DNA of 64,000 nt from contig JBCCAR010000004.1 of NCBI GenBank assembly GCA_039814715.1, positions 32,985 through 96,984 on the forward strand, in the 5' to 3' direction. A program made the position numbers and the translations under genes. This DNA is from Pseudomonadota bacterium (lineage in GTDB: Bacteria > Pseudomonadota > Alphaproteobacteria > Sphingomonadales > CAKZYD01). The notes under the pieces were generated by a model. The model was given only the letters and a program-made list of their open reading frames with translations, searched no databases and was not told the DNA's origin. Positions 40,368-50,853 of this stretch are shown here, piece after piece (the stretch's first letter is position 1; every line of letters begins with the position of its first letter).

Positions 40368-42233
40368 ATGACACAGCTCAATGATGTTGTGACGCGCGTC
40401 ACCAACAAGATCAATGAACGCTCTCATCATGACCGCGCGGCCTATGAACGCCAAATGGCCGCTGCTGCGCAGGCAGGGCCGTTCCGCTCATCCGTCTCCT
40501 GCGGGAATTTAGCGCATGCAGCTGCCGCCTGCCCCGCGGGAGATAAGGCGGAGCTGAATGAAGGAACAGCGCCCAACATTGGCATCGTAACGGCCTATAA
40601 CGACATGCTGTCAGCACACCAACCGCTGGGCGCTTATCCAGACAAAATCAAAGCCGCTGCGCGTGAGATCGGAGCGACAGCACAGATTGCCGGCGGCGTT
40701 CCAGCGATGTGTGATGGTGTGACCCAGGGTCAGCCCGGTATGGACCTCTCGCTTTTCAGCCGGGACGTGATTGCCATGGCGACGGCTGTGTCCCTATCCC
40801 ACAATGTCTTTGATGGCGCTTTGATGCTGGGTGTCTGCGATAAAATCGTACCGGGCTTATTCATGGGGGCAGCGCGCTTTGGCCATCTGCCCATTGCGTT
40901 CTTGCCGGGTGGGCCAATGCCTTCTGGTCTGCCCAATGATGAAAAAGCACGCGTACGCCAACTATATGCGGAAGGCAAAGTAAGCCGCAAAGAGCTGCTT
41001 GCGGCGGAAAACGCGAGCTATCACAGCCCCGGCACCTGCACCTTCTATGGTACTGCGAATTCCAACCAGATGATGATGGAAGTGATGGGTCTACACCTCC
41101 CCGGCAGCGCCTTCGTGAACCCCGGCACGCCGCTGCGCGACGCTTTCGTTGCTGAAACAGCCAAACAAGTGGCCAAGACGACGGCGCTGGGAGATGACTA
41201 TCTGCCATTCTATAAAGCGGTTGATGCACGCACCATCGTGAACGCCATCGTCGGCCTGCATGCCACAGGCGGCTCTACAAACCACACCATCCATGTGATT
41301 GCCATGGCGCAGTGTGTTGGCCTGACCGTAGACTGGGATGACTTTGCTGATTTAAGCGCTGTCGTCCCACTGCTAGCGCGTATTTATCCCAATGGCCTAG
41401 CAGATGTGAACCACTTCCATGCTGCGGGCGGGATGGGTTTTGTCATTCGCGAATTGATTGATGCTGGGCTTCTGCATGGAGATATCCCTACAGTCACGGG
41501 CAAAACGCTTGAGGCCTATGGCGCTGACCCGGTCCTGGCCGATGGCCAGCTGCGCTGGCAGCCCTCCGCCAAAGAGAGCGCGGACCCAGACGTCCTGCGG
41601 CCTGTCAAAGATCCGGTGCAGGCGACCGGCGGCTTGGTGACTTTGGATGGGCCTATTGGACGCAGCGTCATCAAAGTATCAGCTGTAAAAGAACCCCACC
41701 GCTCAATAAGCGCCCCAGCCATTGTCTTCACCTCCCAAGCCGACATCATGGCCCGCTTTCAGGCCGGTGAGCTAGACCGCGACTTTGTTGCGGTCGTGCC
41801 GTTCCAAGGGCCAAAGGCCAACGGGATGCCAGAACTGCATAAACTCACCCCGCCCTTAAGCGTTCTGCAGGACCGCGGCTATAAAGTTGCCCTCGTGACC
41901 GATGGACGAATGTCTGGCGCGTCAGGCAAAGTGCCGGCCGCCATACACATGACGCCTGAAGCCCTGGATGGCGGCGTAATCGGCCACATACGTGATGATG
42001 ATATGATCACGTTTGATGTAGCAGCAGGCACCTTGAGCATAGACGTTCCAGAAGACGATTTGCGCGCGCGCGAGCCGCTGCAAAGCCATGTAGAAGACGA
42101 GCGCTGGGGGACTGGCAGAGAGCTATTTGCCGGGATGCGCCAACTGGTCACAAGCGCTGAACAAGGCGCCATCTCAATGATGCTGACGGAGCAGCACCAT
42201 ACCCCGAGCTCAGCGGACGCATCGTTGGCATGA
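40368..42233 (+). CDS. edd: Phosphogluconate dehydratase
   Basis: [38 protein letters not shown]. Confidence 0.97.
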   Translation: MTQLNDVVTRVTNKINERSHHDRAAYERQMAAAAQAGPFRSSVSCGNLAHAAAACPAGDKAELNEGTAPNIGIVTAYNDMLSAHQPLGAYPDKIKAAAREIGATAQIAGGVPAMCDGVTQGQPGMDLSLFSRDVIAMATAVSLSHNVFDGALMLGVCDKIVPGLFMGAARFGHLPIAFLPGGPMPSGLPNDEKARVRQLYAEGKVSRKELLAAENASYHSPGTCTFYGTANSNQMMMEVMGLHLPGSAFVNPGTPLRDAFVAETAKQVAKTTALGDDYLPFYKAVDARTIVNAIVGLHATGGSTNHTIHVIAMAQCVGLTVDWDDFADLSAVVPLLARIYPNGLADVNHFHAAGGMGFVIRELIDAGLLHGDIPTVTGKTLEAYGADPVLADGQLRWQPSAKESADPDVLRPVKDPVQATGGLVTLDGPIGRSVIKVSAVKEPHRSISAPAIVFTSQADIMARFQAGELDRDFVAVVPFQGPKANGMPELHKLTPPLSVLQDRGYKVALVTDGRMSGASGKVPAAIHMTPEALDGGVIGHIRDDDMITFDVAAGTLSIDVPEDDLRAREPLQSHVEDERWGTGRELFAGMRQLVTSAEQGAISMMLTEQHHTPSSADASLA

Positions 42234-43183
42234 TATTGGTTGCTGACATCGGCGGTACAAATGCTCGCTTTGCAATAGCTGAGTGTGGTCCAAACAGCAT
42301 ATCCCTGCACGATCCACAAAGCTTCCGTGCGGAAGACTTTGAAACGGTACGAGATGCGGCAGACGCGTATCTGGAATCTGTATCAGCCAAGCCCAATCAA
42401 GCCTGTTTTGCTGTTGCAGCCCCAATAGAAAGCGATGACATCGCCTTTACCAACAGCCCTTGGAGCTTTAATCGCAAATCCATTCAGACAGACTTAGCCT
42501 TCGAACAATTTTCCGTCGTCAACGACTTTGCTGCTTTAGCGGCAGGCATCGCCGCAATCCCAGAGGACTTTGTTGAACCTGTAAGAGGTGGGACAGCGCA
42601 GAAAAACGCACCAAAGCTGGTCATCGGTCCAGGAACGGGGCTTGGCCAAGCGCTGCTCGTTCCTTGCGGGCGAGAAGACCGCGTGATCTCCACGCAAGGC
42701 GGGCACGTCTCTTTCGCGCCGCGCTCTGACCTTGAAATTCAGGTTATGCAATTCATTGCCCGCGAGCATCCGCGTGTCTCGGTCGAGCGGCTCTTATGCG
42801 GGCGCGGTCTCATTAATATTCACCGCGCACTGTGCCATATCGCCGATACGCCCCGCACCTCTTTGCAAGCCAATGAAATAACCCAGGCCGCACGTACGCG
42901 AGAGCATCCCATTGCCGCCCAAGCTGTGAGTTTTTTCTGTAACCTCTTGGGCGCAGTCGTCGGCGATGCAGCCCTCTCCAGCGGCGCACGCGGCGGGATA
43001 TACCTGGCCGGCGGCATTCTGCCCAAAATCAAAGACATTTTTCACAAAAGCGATTTCGAGGCGCACTTTCTGAGCAAAGGACGGATGCAATCCTACCTCG
43101 AACCAATCCCCATAACACTCATTACAAAAGAGGGCACAGCGCTCTACGGCGCAGCGAAATCACTCAAAGAACCTACCGCCTAA
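42230..43183 (+). CDS. glk: Glucokinase
   Basis: [28 protein letters not shown]. Confidence 0.95.
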   Translation: MILVADIGGTNARFAIAECGPNSISLHDPQSFRAEDFETVRDAADAYLESVSAKPNQACFAVAAPIESDDIAFTNSPWSFNRKSIQTDLAFEQFSVVNDFAALAAGIAAIPEDFVEPVRGGTAQKNAPKLVIGPGTGLGQALLVPCGREDRVISTQGGHVSFAPRSDLEIQVMQFIAREHPRVSVERLLCGRGLINIHRALCHIADTPRTSLQANEITQAARTREHPIAAQAVSFFCNLLGAVVGDAALSSGARGGIYLAGGILPKIKDIFHKSDFEAHFLSKGRMQSYLEPIPITLITKEGTALYGAAKSLKEPTA

Positions 43184-43189
43184 CAACGT

Positions 43190-43453
43190 TTGGCTGTGCG
43201 GCGATCCTTTAAATTACGAGCAGCACGGCTAATCCTGCCACCCATCCTCCATAAACTCCTTCGACCAAGTGTAGTAAAGCGATTGGGCGATGCCTTCCTT
43301 GCGGCACAGTTCAGCGATGCTGTCATCCCCGCGAAGGCCTTCCAATACAATGCGGATTTTGTCCTCGGCAGAATAGTGCCTGCGTGTGGCACGCCGGATA
43401 TCCTTGACCACCTTATCAGCGGGCTTCTTACAGCTGGAGTGTTTTGCTCTCAT
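43190..43453 (-). mobile_element. IS3-family OrfA remnant (truncated, degenerate)
   Basis: VVKDIRRATRRHYSAEDKIRIVLEGLRGDDSIAELCRKEGIAQSLYYTWSKEF; no OrfB. Confidence 0.85.
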
Positions 43454-43472
43454 CTTATGGAGGCGCTGACGG

Positions 43473-43645
43473 GGAACAGTTACTGTGAACGGCGCAGATA
43501 TCGAAGCCTATGGGATTGAGATAGACGGCTTTCTCGCCGTTACGGACGAATTTAGCTTGAATGCAGCCTTTAGCTGGAACGAGTCTGAGCTGCAGGGTAC
43601 GGATGCAAACATAAGCCGCTTCTTTTTAGATACCGATGCATCTGC
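43473..43645 (+). pseudogene. TonB-dependent receptor internal fragment
   Basis: TVNGADIEAYGIEIDGFLAVTDEFSLNAAFSWNESE resembles C-terminal barrel strands. Confidence 0.6.
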
Positions 43646-44204
43646 CGCGCGGCTGCCGCCCTTGCCTCCTTCCCAATGGCAGGGGCGGCAAGCGCTGCGA
43701 GCAAACCTCCTACCCCCGCCGATCTTTCTGGCCCCCACCTGGACCTAAGCGCACAGGAGGGAAATGTGGAGGCCTACGCCCGCATTGCTGGGAATATAGA
43801 CCCCGAGGCAACCAGCTATAGTTGGTATAGCGGCAGGCTTATCGGCGTTCGCCCTGGCGGGGCTGGCAGAAACCTGATGGGCATCATCGGAATGGGCTCT
43901 GTTCGTATTCTGCCGCTTGCAGATCAACCCGGGTATCAGATGCTCCGCAAAGAACTGGGGTTCTTCACGGACCTCAGCACTGGAGCAGTCCTGGATGCTG
44001 ATGGGACAAGCGCCGGGCGGCATTCAATATGTCTGTTTCACTGGTTCCGCAAAATCACTGGACACCATGCCTCAACAAATAGTGGCGTTGGCGCGCGAGC
44101 GCTTTCCAGATTTTCTGATCGCCCCCACGCAAGTCTCGCCGCCGGAATCCTCCCTCGCGCGTTACATGCGCACACGAACACCAGCACCGGTGAGCGCGCA
44201 ATGA
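43646..44204 (+). pseudogene. DUF1838-like protein, internally deleted and frameshifted
   Basis: N-part ...WYSG...ELGFFTDLSTGAVLD joins at about 43993 to a C-part in another frame WMLMGQAPG...RFPDFLIAP... Confidence 0.6.
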
Positions 44205-44841
44205 CCCCGTCCCCCAACCGCCGCCGGTTTTTGCAGTCTGGCGTTTGCGCTACCCTGGCAATACCGCTGACGATGGGGATGAGTAGTGCGCAAATTGCAG
44301 GCTTCGCGCCAGTGTCATCGCTAGACGCGTTAACCCCGCTCGAGTGTTTTACGCGGCTACGCTGCAGCCAGCCCGGCGATACGACCACATGGTGGTATAG
44401 CGGGCATATGCTTGGCAAAGTGGACTGCGACGCAGCCGTTCCCATACTCTCTTTAATCGGCGCCAGCCAAAGTAAAATCGAATATCTAAAAGACGATACA
44501 GTCCGCTATAGCCTGATTGAAGCGGGCTACTACGGCGATCCAGATACCGGCGAAATTGCAGACGGTCCAATCATCAATCGCATTACAAGTGCGCCGATGA
44601 CACCCAAACACTACCTCTCCCCGCAAAGCCTTGATTTTTTTTCAGACCGAACCATCCGGCCAGCTGAGCAAGCATTGCCCGCCAATACTGATTTCAGCGG
44701 CCGTATGGTGGGCCCTGATGTTAAAGCTGGCCGGGTATGGATGGCGGAGGAATTGTTCGTCAAAGTGCCCGCAACGGCCAATCGCGGAGAGCGTGTATTG
44801 ACGTCATTGGCCAATTTTCAAGGCCTCGCCACCGCTATCTG
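44201..44841 (+). pseudogene. Second DUF1838-like protein with Tat signal, 3'-truncated by IS5
   Basis: MTPSPNRRRFL Tat motif; WWYSG, EAGYYGDPDTGE..D...N motif; frame runs into the IS end. Confidence 0.6.
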
Positions 44842-44897
44842 GTCGCCCGTGATTTTCGGTGATTTGATCTGACTGAAGCGAGCGGCTGGTGGATTTT

Positions 44898-46263
44898 TCA
44901 GCTCGCTGGCGCTCTTCTAGCAGCATTGAATAGAGCCCAGGCGAGCAATCGAGACAAAAACTCTGTCAGCCACCGGGCCAACAGGCGTAGATTGTGTCCG
45001 GCGGCGCAGAGGATGGCGTTGATGGCGTCTGCGTCAGTGCCTGCGAGGTGGTTTCGTTCGAGATGACCATCGTCCTTGAGGTGGCCGATGACTGGCTCTA
45101 TTGCATTGCGTCGTCGCATTTCGCGCCGGATGGTGGGCGATGCCACCCCTCGGGTGTGGCTGAGCGTGATGTCGAGCCCATCGCGCTCGATCGCGTGGCC
45201 GCTGTAGCCCCTATCGACATAGGCCCGCCTGACGGTAACTCCGGTCAGCTTGGCGGCCTGCTCAATCTGGCCATTCAGTGTGTGTCCGTCCCCCGGGTCA
45301 AGCCCGAGGGCAGGCTCCAGGATTGCCAGGCAGCGCCATGGCACCGAGCACGAACTGTCCCCCTTTGCATCGCTCGTTGGTGGTGGCGATTGAGGTCTTC
45401 ACACCAAACTCGTATCGGGTGCGCGCTTTGCCCTTGCCGATACAGTCGACCTCCGGCGCGTGGAGCGCATAGAGCTTGTCTTTGTCGCCGGGCTGTTGAG
45501 TATGGATTTTCTCGGCACGTTCGAGGGCGATTTCAAACGCTATCTCCAGGTCTGCGTTCCCTGCGATCTTTCGCTTGATGTCGCGGATTAGGCGGCCGAG
45601 CCATGTCCGCATCTTGCGCACCCAGCGCTGCCCCTGTTTGTGGCCGCGCGTGTGCATCAGGCGGGATGCCTCGCGCCGCGCCCGGGTGGCCAGGCGGATG
45701 AAGGACTGGCGCAGCTTGACACCATGGCGCTTGGCTGCCCGGTTCAGCCATTCGATCGCCCGCAGCAGCAAGTGACTGTCCGCCCTCTGCGCCACCGCCT
45801 TGGTCTGCACCGTGGTGTCAACGGTGATCCGTTCCAACTGGCGCCGGCTGACGGCCTTGGTCTTCACTGCAACGCGAATAGTCTCGGCCAGCAAGACCTC
45901 CAGATCGCGTGGCCCGATACGCCCACGCCAACGGGTCATAGAGGACCGATCAAAGGGCAAGCGATGCTGGAAATGCGTCTCGCCGCAGAACGCTTGAAAA
46001 TACGGATTTTCCAGCCAAGTCGTGCAGGTCTCCTCGTCGCTGAGACCTTTCATGTGCTTGAGCAGATGCAGCCCGGCCATCAGCCGGGTCGCCAGCCCCC
46101 GCCGACCTTTGCCTGGATGATAGAGCGGCCCGAAGGCATCGTCGAAGCGGTCCCAGTCGATCAATGCGGCCAGCCGGAGCAGGTCGTGTTGCGGATCCAG
46201 GATCGCTTCTAAAGAGCTGCGGAACAGGTCGCCGTTCGGCATGTCAGGTTTGGCAGGACGCAC
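44898..46263 (-). pseudogene. IS5 DDE transposase, frameshifted by a 28-nt hairpin insert
   Basis: DLFR..L, WLENPYFQAFCG, VDTTVQ, YEFGVK, then DGHTL, DRGY.GH, RRNAIEPVIGHLK in another frame. Confidence 0.9.
45291..45318. repeat. REP-like mini-hairpin inserted in IS5 transposase
   Basis: CCCCGGG-TCAAG-CCCGAGGG-CAGGCTCC separates PGNP from DGHTL. Confidence 0.7.
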
Positions 46264-46456
46264 GGCTCACCTCGTGCATCAATCTCGTCATCCAGATCGG
46301 ACCATAACAAAACCGAAAAGGGAATCCCCTACGTGCACGTACGTACAAAATCGCAAGGTTTTGACCCGATCCCAACACAAACCTTGCGATTTCGAATATT
46401 TCCTGCCGCCCAAAATTAATCCAAATTCAACACCTTAGGGGAAAATCACGGGTGAC

Positions 46457-46821
46457 GCGCTACAACTATCAGGCACGCGGCGTAGAACCGTCGGATTATC
46501 TCGGTGCGCTTCCCCCTTAGCTGGGCGCGATGATTGCGCGAATGGATAAGATAGCAGCGTTCTCGCCCCCCCGACCAAGCGATCATGAACGAATATACAC
46601 CGGGCCAAGGCATCGCACCGCATGTGGATTGTGTGCCTTGTTTTGGCCCCTTCGCCGCATCCCTGAGCCTCGGCAGCAGCTGCGAAATGCTGTTCCAACG
46701 TGTTGCAACAGCAGAGATCCAAAAGCTGCATTTGCCAAGGGGTCGGGTCAGGATAGTTTCGGCCCCTAGCCGCCATTCCCTTCCCTTAGTAATTGTTGCG
46801 GCGCACCACCTAAAAAGCTGA
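46457..46821 (+). pseudogene. AlkB-family 2OG-Fe(II) dioxygenase remnant
   Basis: RYNYQAR...YLGALP, then DQAIMNEYTPGQGIAPHVD...SLSLGS; 5' end lost at the IS, frameshifted, C-terminal motifs absent. Confidence 0.75.
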
Positions 46822-47033
46822 CATTCCAATCCAAAAAATCCGCCTAATTAAGCATACTCCGGTATGCTTGGTCGATCGTGGTGAATTAGTGCTTTAGTTT
46901 TTGCAGTAGAGTTGGAGAAAACTATTGCGTAGCTCCAATAACTAGCCAATGCTATTTCGATTAAGCGTACCTGGAGCCATGGCGTAGTCATACGATAGTT
47001 GGCTCAATGCCCTCGAGTTGTTTTTCGCAGATG

Positions 47034-48794
47034 TTAAACAGCCGCCTGTGCACCTGATAAAGACCGTGTCTCAGGGTCCAGTTTTATTTCCAGATCGTGG
47101 TGAGCGCGCAAGCTTTCCCTGTGCGCGATGGAAACGAGCGTTGTGTTGGGTAATTCCGATTTAAGGGCGTGATAAATAGCTGCTTCGGTGTCGGGGTCCA
47201 TGGAGGCCGTTGCTTCATCCAAAAAGAGCCACTCCGGCTTTGCCAAAAAGGCCCGTGCCATCGACACGCGCTGTTGTTCCCCGCCCGACAGCACGCGTGC
47301 CCAGTCGCGCGTCTGATCCAAGGATCCGATGAATTTTTCAAGCCGGCACAAGCGCATAACGTCTTCGATCCGCTCTGGTTCAATCGACGCTTGATTTTGG
47401 TTTGGATAGGTCAAAACCTCACGCAAGGGAGAAATGGGAAGATATGGCCTTTGGGGAAGGAACATCGTGCGCTCTGTAGGAAGAGTCAAACTGCCCTCGC
47501 CCCAAATCCACAAACCGGAAAATAAGCGGAATAGCGTGCTTTTCCCGCCACCGGACGGCCCGGAAATCAGAACATCCGTGCCTTTCTCCAGTTTGAAGCT
47601 GACGTTCTCAAGCAATGGGTCGCCAGTGGGGAGGTTCAAAGTGACCCCCTTGATTGAAACCAGTTCTTTATCGACAGAGTGTCTTAGAACACGGCTGGCT
47701 TTCTGTTCGGCGCGGGCAGCTTTAAACGCGTCGTCCAGCGTGAGGACACGATCTACGCTAGACTTCCAAACCGCAAGCTTCTCATAGGATTTGGCGAACC
47801 AGGATAGAGAAAGCTGAACCTGCATAAAGGCCTGGCTGAGCTGCATAAAGCCGCCAAGGGCGATTGTTCCGGCAACAAGAGCAGGCATTGCAGCAATAAA
47901 TGGCACTAGCGTTCCGCCTTGCGATAAGCCGAAATCAAAGGCCATGAGCCGGCGCTTATACTTTATGATCACCATCCAGTTATCCCAAATGGAGGCGAAC
48001 CTAGTGTTCAGGTCATCATACTCTTTCCCTTCGCCACCAAGGAGCGCAATGCTCTCCGCGTTTTCACGAAGGCGAACGAGGTGATATCGAAAATCTGCCT
48101 CGACGGCTTGCCTATCGAAGTTCAATCGCGACAGCGGATGAGCAAGGGTGTGGGCGAGCCATGTCCCCACGACAGAAAAGATAAGAGCGACCCAAAACAT
48201 ATATCCGGGGATCACGATGGCGACCCCAAAAACGCTGAATTCCATGGGTCCTGATACAGACCATAGGATGAAACTAAACACGGATAACTTCCCAAGAGCA
48301 CTGATGAATTGGAGACCTAATTCAAGCGTCTCCTGCGCGATGTTGAGCATATCCATGGAGATGCGTTGGTCAGGATTATCCATCTTGTAATCACCTAGTT
48401 CGAGCTGATTGTAGAGATGGTTGTCCAAGTACCCGCGCAGATATGTCTGCGTTAAAAAGCGCCGCCAGTGGATGATGAGCTTATTTTGGACATGGACTTG
48501 GAGCACGTACATAATGAGCATACCGCTCAAATATCCAAGCCATACCAGGATCGCATTCCAGATCACATCAAATGAACGCTGTTCTATGGCGTTAAACAAT
48601 CCCGCTGTGGCGAAACTCAATTTCGTTATCAAGTAAAGCAGCAGCCCTTCGACAGCGAGGACCGACAGCAGCAAAAACCATCCGGTGCGTCTGTCTTCTG
48701 AGACCCAATACGGTTTCACGAGATTGAACGTGCGACCGAGAAAAACTTGAAACTCTCTCAAACGAACGGCTTTGTTTTTCACGGTACGGTCCAA
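47034..48794 (-). CDS. Fused ABC transporter, ABCD-like (BclA/Rv1819c/YddA type)
   Basis: DNPDQRI, EADFRY.LVR.RENAESIAL, GPSGGGKST, LPQRPYLP, LSGGEQQR, LDEATA; TTG start. Confidence 0.9.
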   Translation of the reverse strand: MDRTVKNKAVRLREFQVFLGRTFNLVKPYWVSEDRRTGWFLLLSVLAVEGLLLYLITKLSFATAGLFNAIEQRSFDVIWNAILVWLGYLSGMLIMYVLQVHVQNKLIIHWRRFLTQTYLRGYLDNHLYNQLELGDYKMDNPDQRISMDMLNIAQETLELGLQFISALGKLSVFSFILWSVSGPMEFSVFGVAIVIPGYMFWVALIFSVVGTWLAHTLAHPLSRLNFDRQAVEADFRYHLVRLRENAESIALLGGEGKEYDDLNTRFASIWDNWMVIIKYKRRLMAFDFGLSQGGTLVPFIAAMPALVAGTIALGGFMQLSQAFMQVQLSLSWFAKSYEKLAVWKSSVDRVLTLDDAFKAARAEQKASRVLRHSVDKELVSIKGVTLNLPTGDPLLENVSFKLEKGTDVLISGPSGGGKSTLFRLFSGLWIWGEGSLTLPTERTMFLPQRPYLPISPLREVLTYPNQNQASIEPERIEDVMRLCRLEKFIGSLDQTRDWARVLSGGEQQRVSMARAFLAKPEWLFLDEATASMDPDTEAAIYHALKSELPNTTLVSIAHRESLRAHHDLEIKLDPETRSLSGAQAAV

Positions 48795-48831
48795 GCTTTA
48801 TGGTGGTTGCAAGTGATATGCTTGCTGCGCG

Positions 48832-50829
48832 CTACCAAATGCGCACGCGCTCTTCTGGCGGCAGATAAAGGGGTGCGTCTTTTGGGACATCAAAGGCGTC
48901 ATACCAGGCGTCGACATTCCTAAGGGCGCCGTTCACCCTGAATACGGGTGGCGAATGAACGCCGGATTTCAAGCTTGCCAGTTCCGCCTGCTCACGCATC
49001 TTCATGCGCCAAATTTGCCCATAGGACAAAAAGAAACGCTGATCGCCCGTCAGCCCGTCAATGATCGGCGGTTCCTCGCCGTTCAAGCTCAGCCTATAGG
49101 CATGATAGCCAAGGGTCAGTCCGCCTAGGTCAGCAGTGTTTTCTCCCAGGGTCAGTTCGCCATTCACGAAAGCACCAGGCCGCAATTCATAGGCGCTAAA
49201 CTGTTTGACGAGGACGTCTGTACGTTCCTTAAAGCGCGCGATGTCGTCTTCCGCCCACCAGTTTCTCAGGATGCCTTTTTCATCGTATTTCCGGCCTTGG
49301 TCATCAAAACCATGCCCCATTTCGTGGCCGATCACAGCACCGATGGCGCCGTAGTTCACAGCCGGATCAGCGGCTGGATCAAAAAATGGGGCCTGCAGGA
49401 TAGCAGCCGGGAAAACGATCTCGTTAAAGAGCGGGTGGTAGTACGCATTCACCGTTTGCGGCGTCATGAACCACTTCGTGCGGTCGGTTGGTTTGCCGAG
49501 CTGATCCAGTTTTTCATGATACGCAAAGCGGCTGGCACGGCGCGCGTTGCCATAAAAATCGTCTTCCTCGATGTCGACGCTGCTGTAATCCTTCCAGTGC
49601 TCGGGGTAGCCGATTTTGGGAAGGAATGTTGCGAGCTTCTTCCTAGCTATCGCGCGTGTCTCTTCGCCCATCCACGGCGCTGTTTCGATGCGCTCGGAGA
49701 ATGCAGCCATGACGTTCGATACCAATGCATCCATCTGGGTCTTGGCCTCTGGCGGGAAGTGGCGGTCAACATAAAGCTGGCCCACTGCGTCGCCGAGATG
49801 ATGGGAAACCAAACCAACCGCGCGTTTCCACCGTGGCAACCGCTTTTGTTGACCGCTCAGGGCGCGCCCATAGAAATCAAAGGATGCTTCTGCGATGTCA
49901 TCAGATAACAAAGCAGATTGGCTCACCAAGAGCTTGTAGGCCAAATAGGCGCGCCAAACCGCGGGCGGTGTTTCAAAGACAGCCTTTATAACCCCCTCAA
50001 CAGCGCTCGGCATGGTGACGTTAAGGCGGCTAACGTCCGGTACAAGCGCTTGCTGAAAGAATTCAGCCCAAGCCACATCCGGAAAAGCGTTGCACAGCTG
50101 CCGAAAGCTATAAATATTATACGTCTTGTCAGCGTCGCGCATGTCAGTGCGCCGCCAATGTGCCCGCGCCATCCGAGTTTCAAGTGCCAGAATCTGCTCA
50201 GCGCTCTCTCGTGACTGGTCTTCATCAAACCCAGCCAATGGCAAAAGGTCTTTAACGTTCTTAAGAAAGGCAGTGCGGACGCTTTTAAAGTGCTCCACGT
50301 CTTCTAAATAAAAATCGCGATCTGGTAGCGACAGGGCACCCACACCAATCATGAGAATTTGACTGTCAGGGTCTTTCACGTCGGGACCTGTATTCCAGGC
50401 GATCGGCGAATAGAAGCCATCAAGGCCCGCGCGGGCGAACAAAAGGAAAAGCGCATCAACCGACGCGATGGCGTCGATCTCGCCTAAAAGACTTTCGATC
50501 GGCTCTAACCCGCATGCATTGACGCGCGCCTCATCCATAAAGCTGGCGTAAAAATCCCGAACCTTTTGCTGAGGTGAACCGAGCGCAACCTCACCTTCAA
50601 TGAGGTCTTCGATAAGCGCATGAACCTTCTAGTCTGCTTCATCAGATAGCGCATGGAAGGCTCCGAACGCCGCCTTATCCGCAGGCAATTCGTACTCGTC
50701 CATCCACGTGCCATTAACGTAGCGGAAGAAGTCTTCACCTGGCGCAACACTGGGATCACCCAGGCTCAGATCAACGCCCCAAGTGCCGAATGTGGGCCGC
50801 TTTTCTTTGTCAGCTTCAGAAGTACGCAT
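48832..50829 (-). pseudogene. M13 (neprilysin/PepO-like) zinc endopeptidase with one in-frame TAG at 50629-50631; no signal peptide
   Basis: DFFRYVNGTW...SDEAD*KVHALIE...DFYASFMDE in one frame; VNAYY, HEMGH, GENTAD, HSP motifs intact. Confidence 0.9.
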
Positions 50830-50853
50830 AGCTGTCCTCAACACTCATTTCCA

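Larger units (their letters stand above)
44842..46456 (-). mobile_element. IS5-family insertion sequence
   Basis: 16-bp terminal IRs GTCGCCCGTGATTTTC (44842-44857) / GAAAATCACGGGTGAC (46441-46456), one mismatch; internal 14-bp IR at 46348-46392; no obvious target duplication. Confidence 0.88.

Noticed and set aside
43676-44872. 398-aa ORF as a single novel protein
   Set aside because: Chimera of two DUF1838-like remnants joined through an out-of-frame segment, with an internal Tat signal and a tail read from IS5
50629-50631. Pyrrolysine or genome-wide stop recoding
   Set aside because: TAG ends many normal genes here (e.g. hisB, hisA) and no pyl genes are visible; the IS91 TGA is a simple TGG-to-TGA decay
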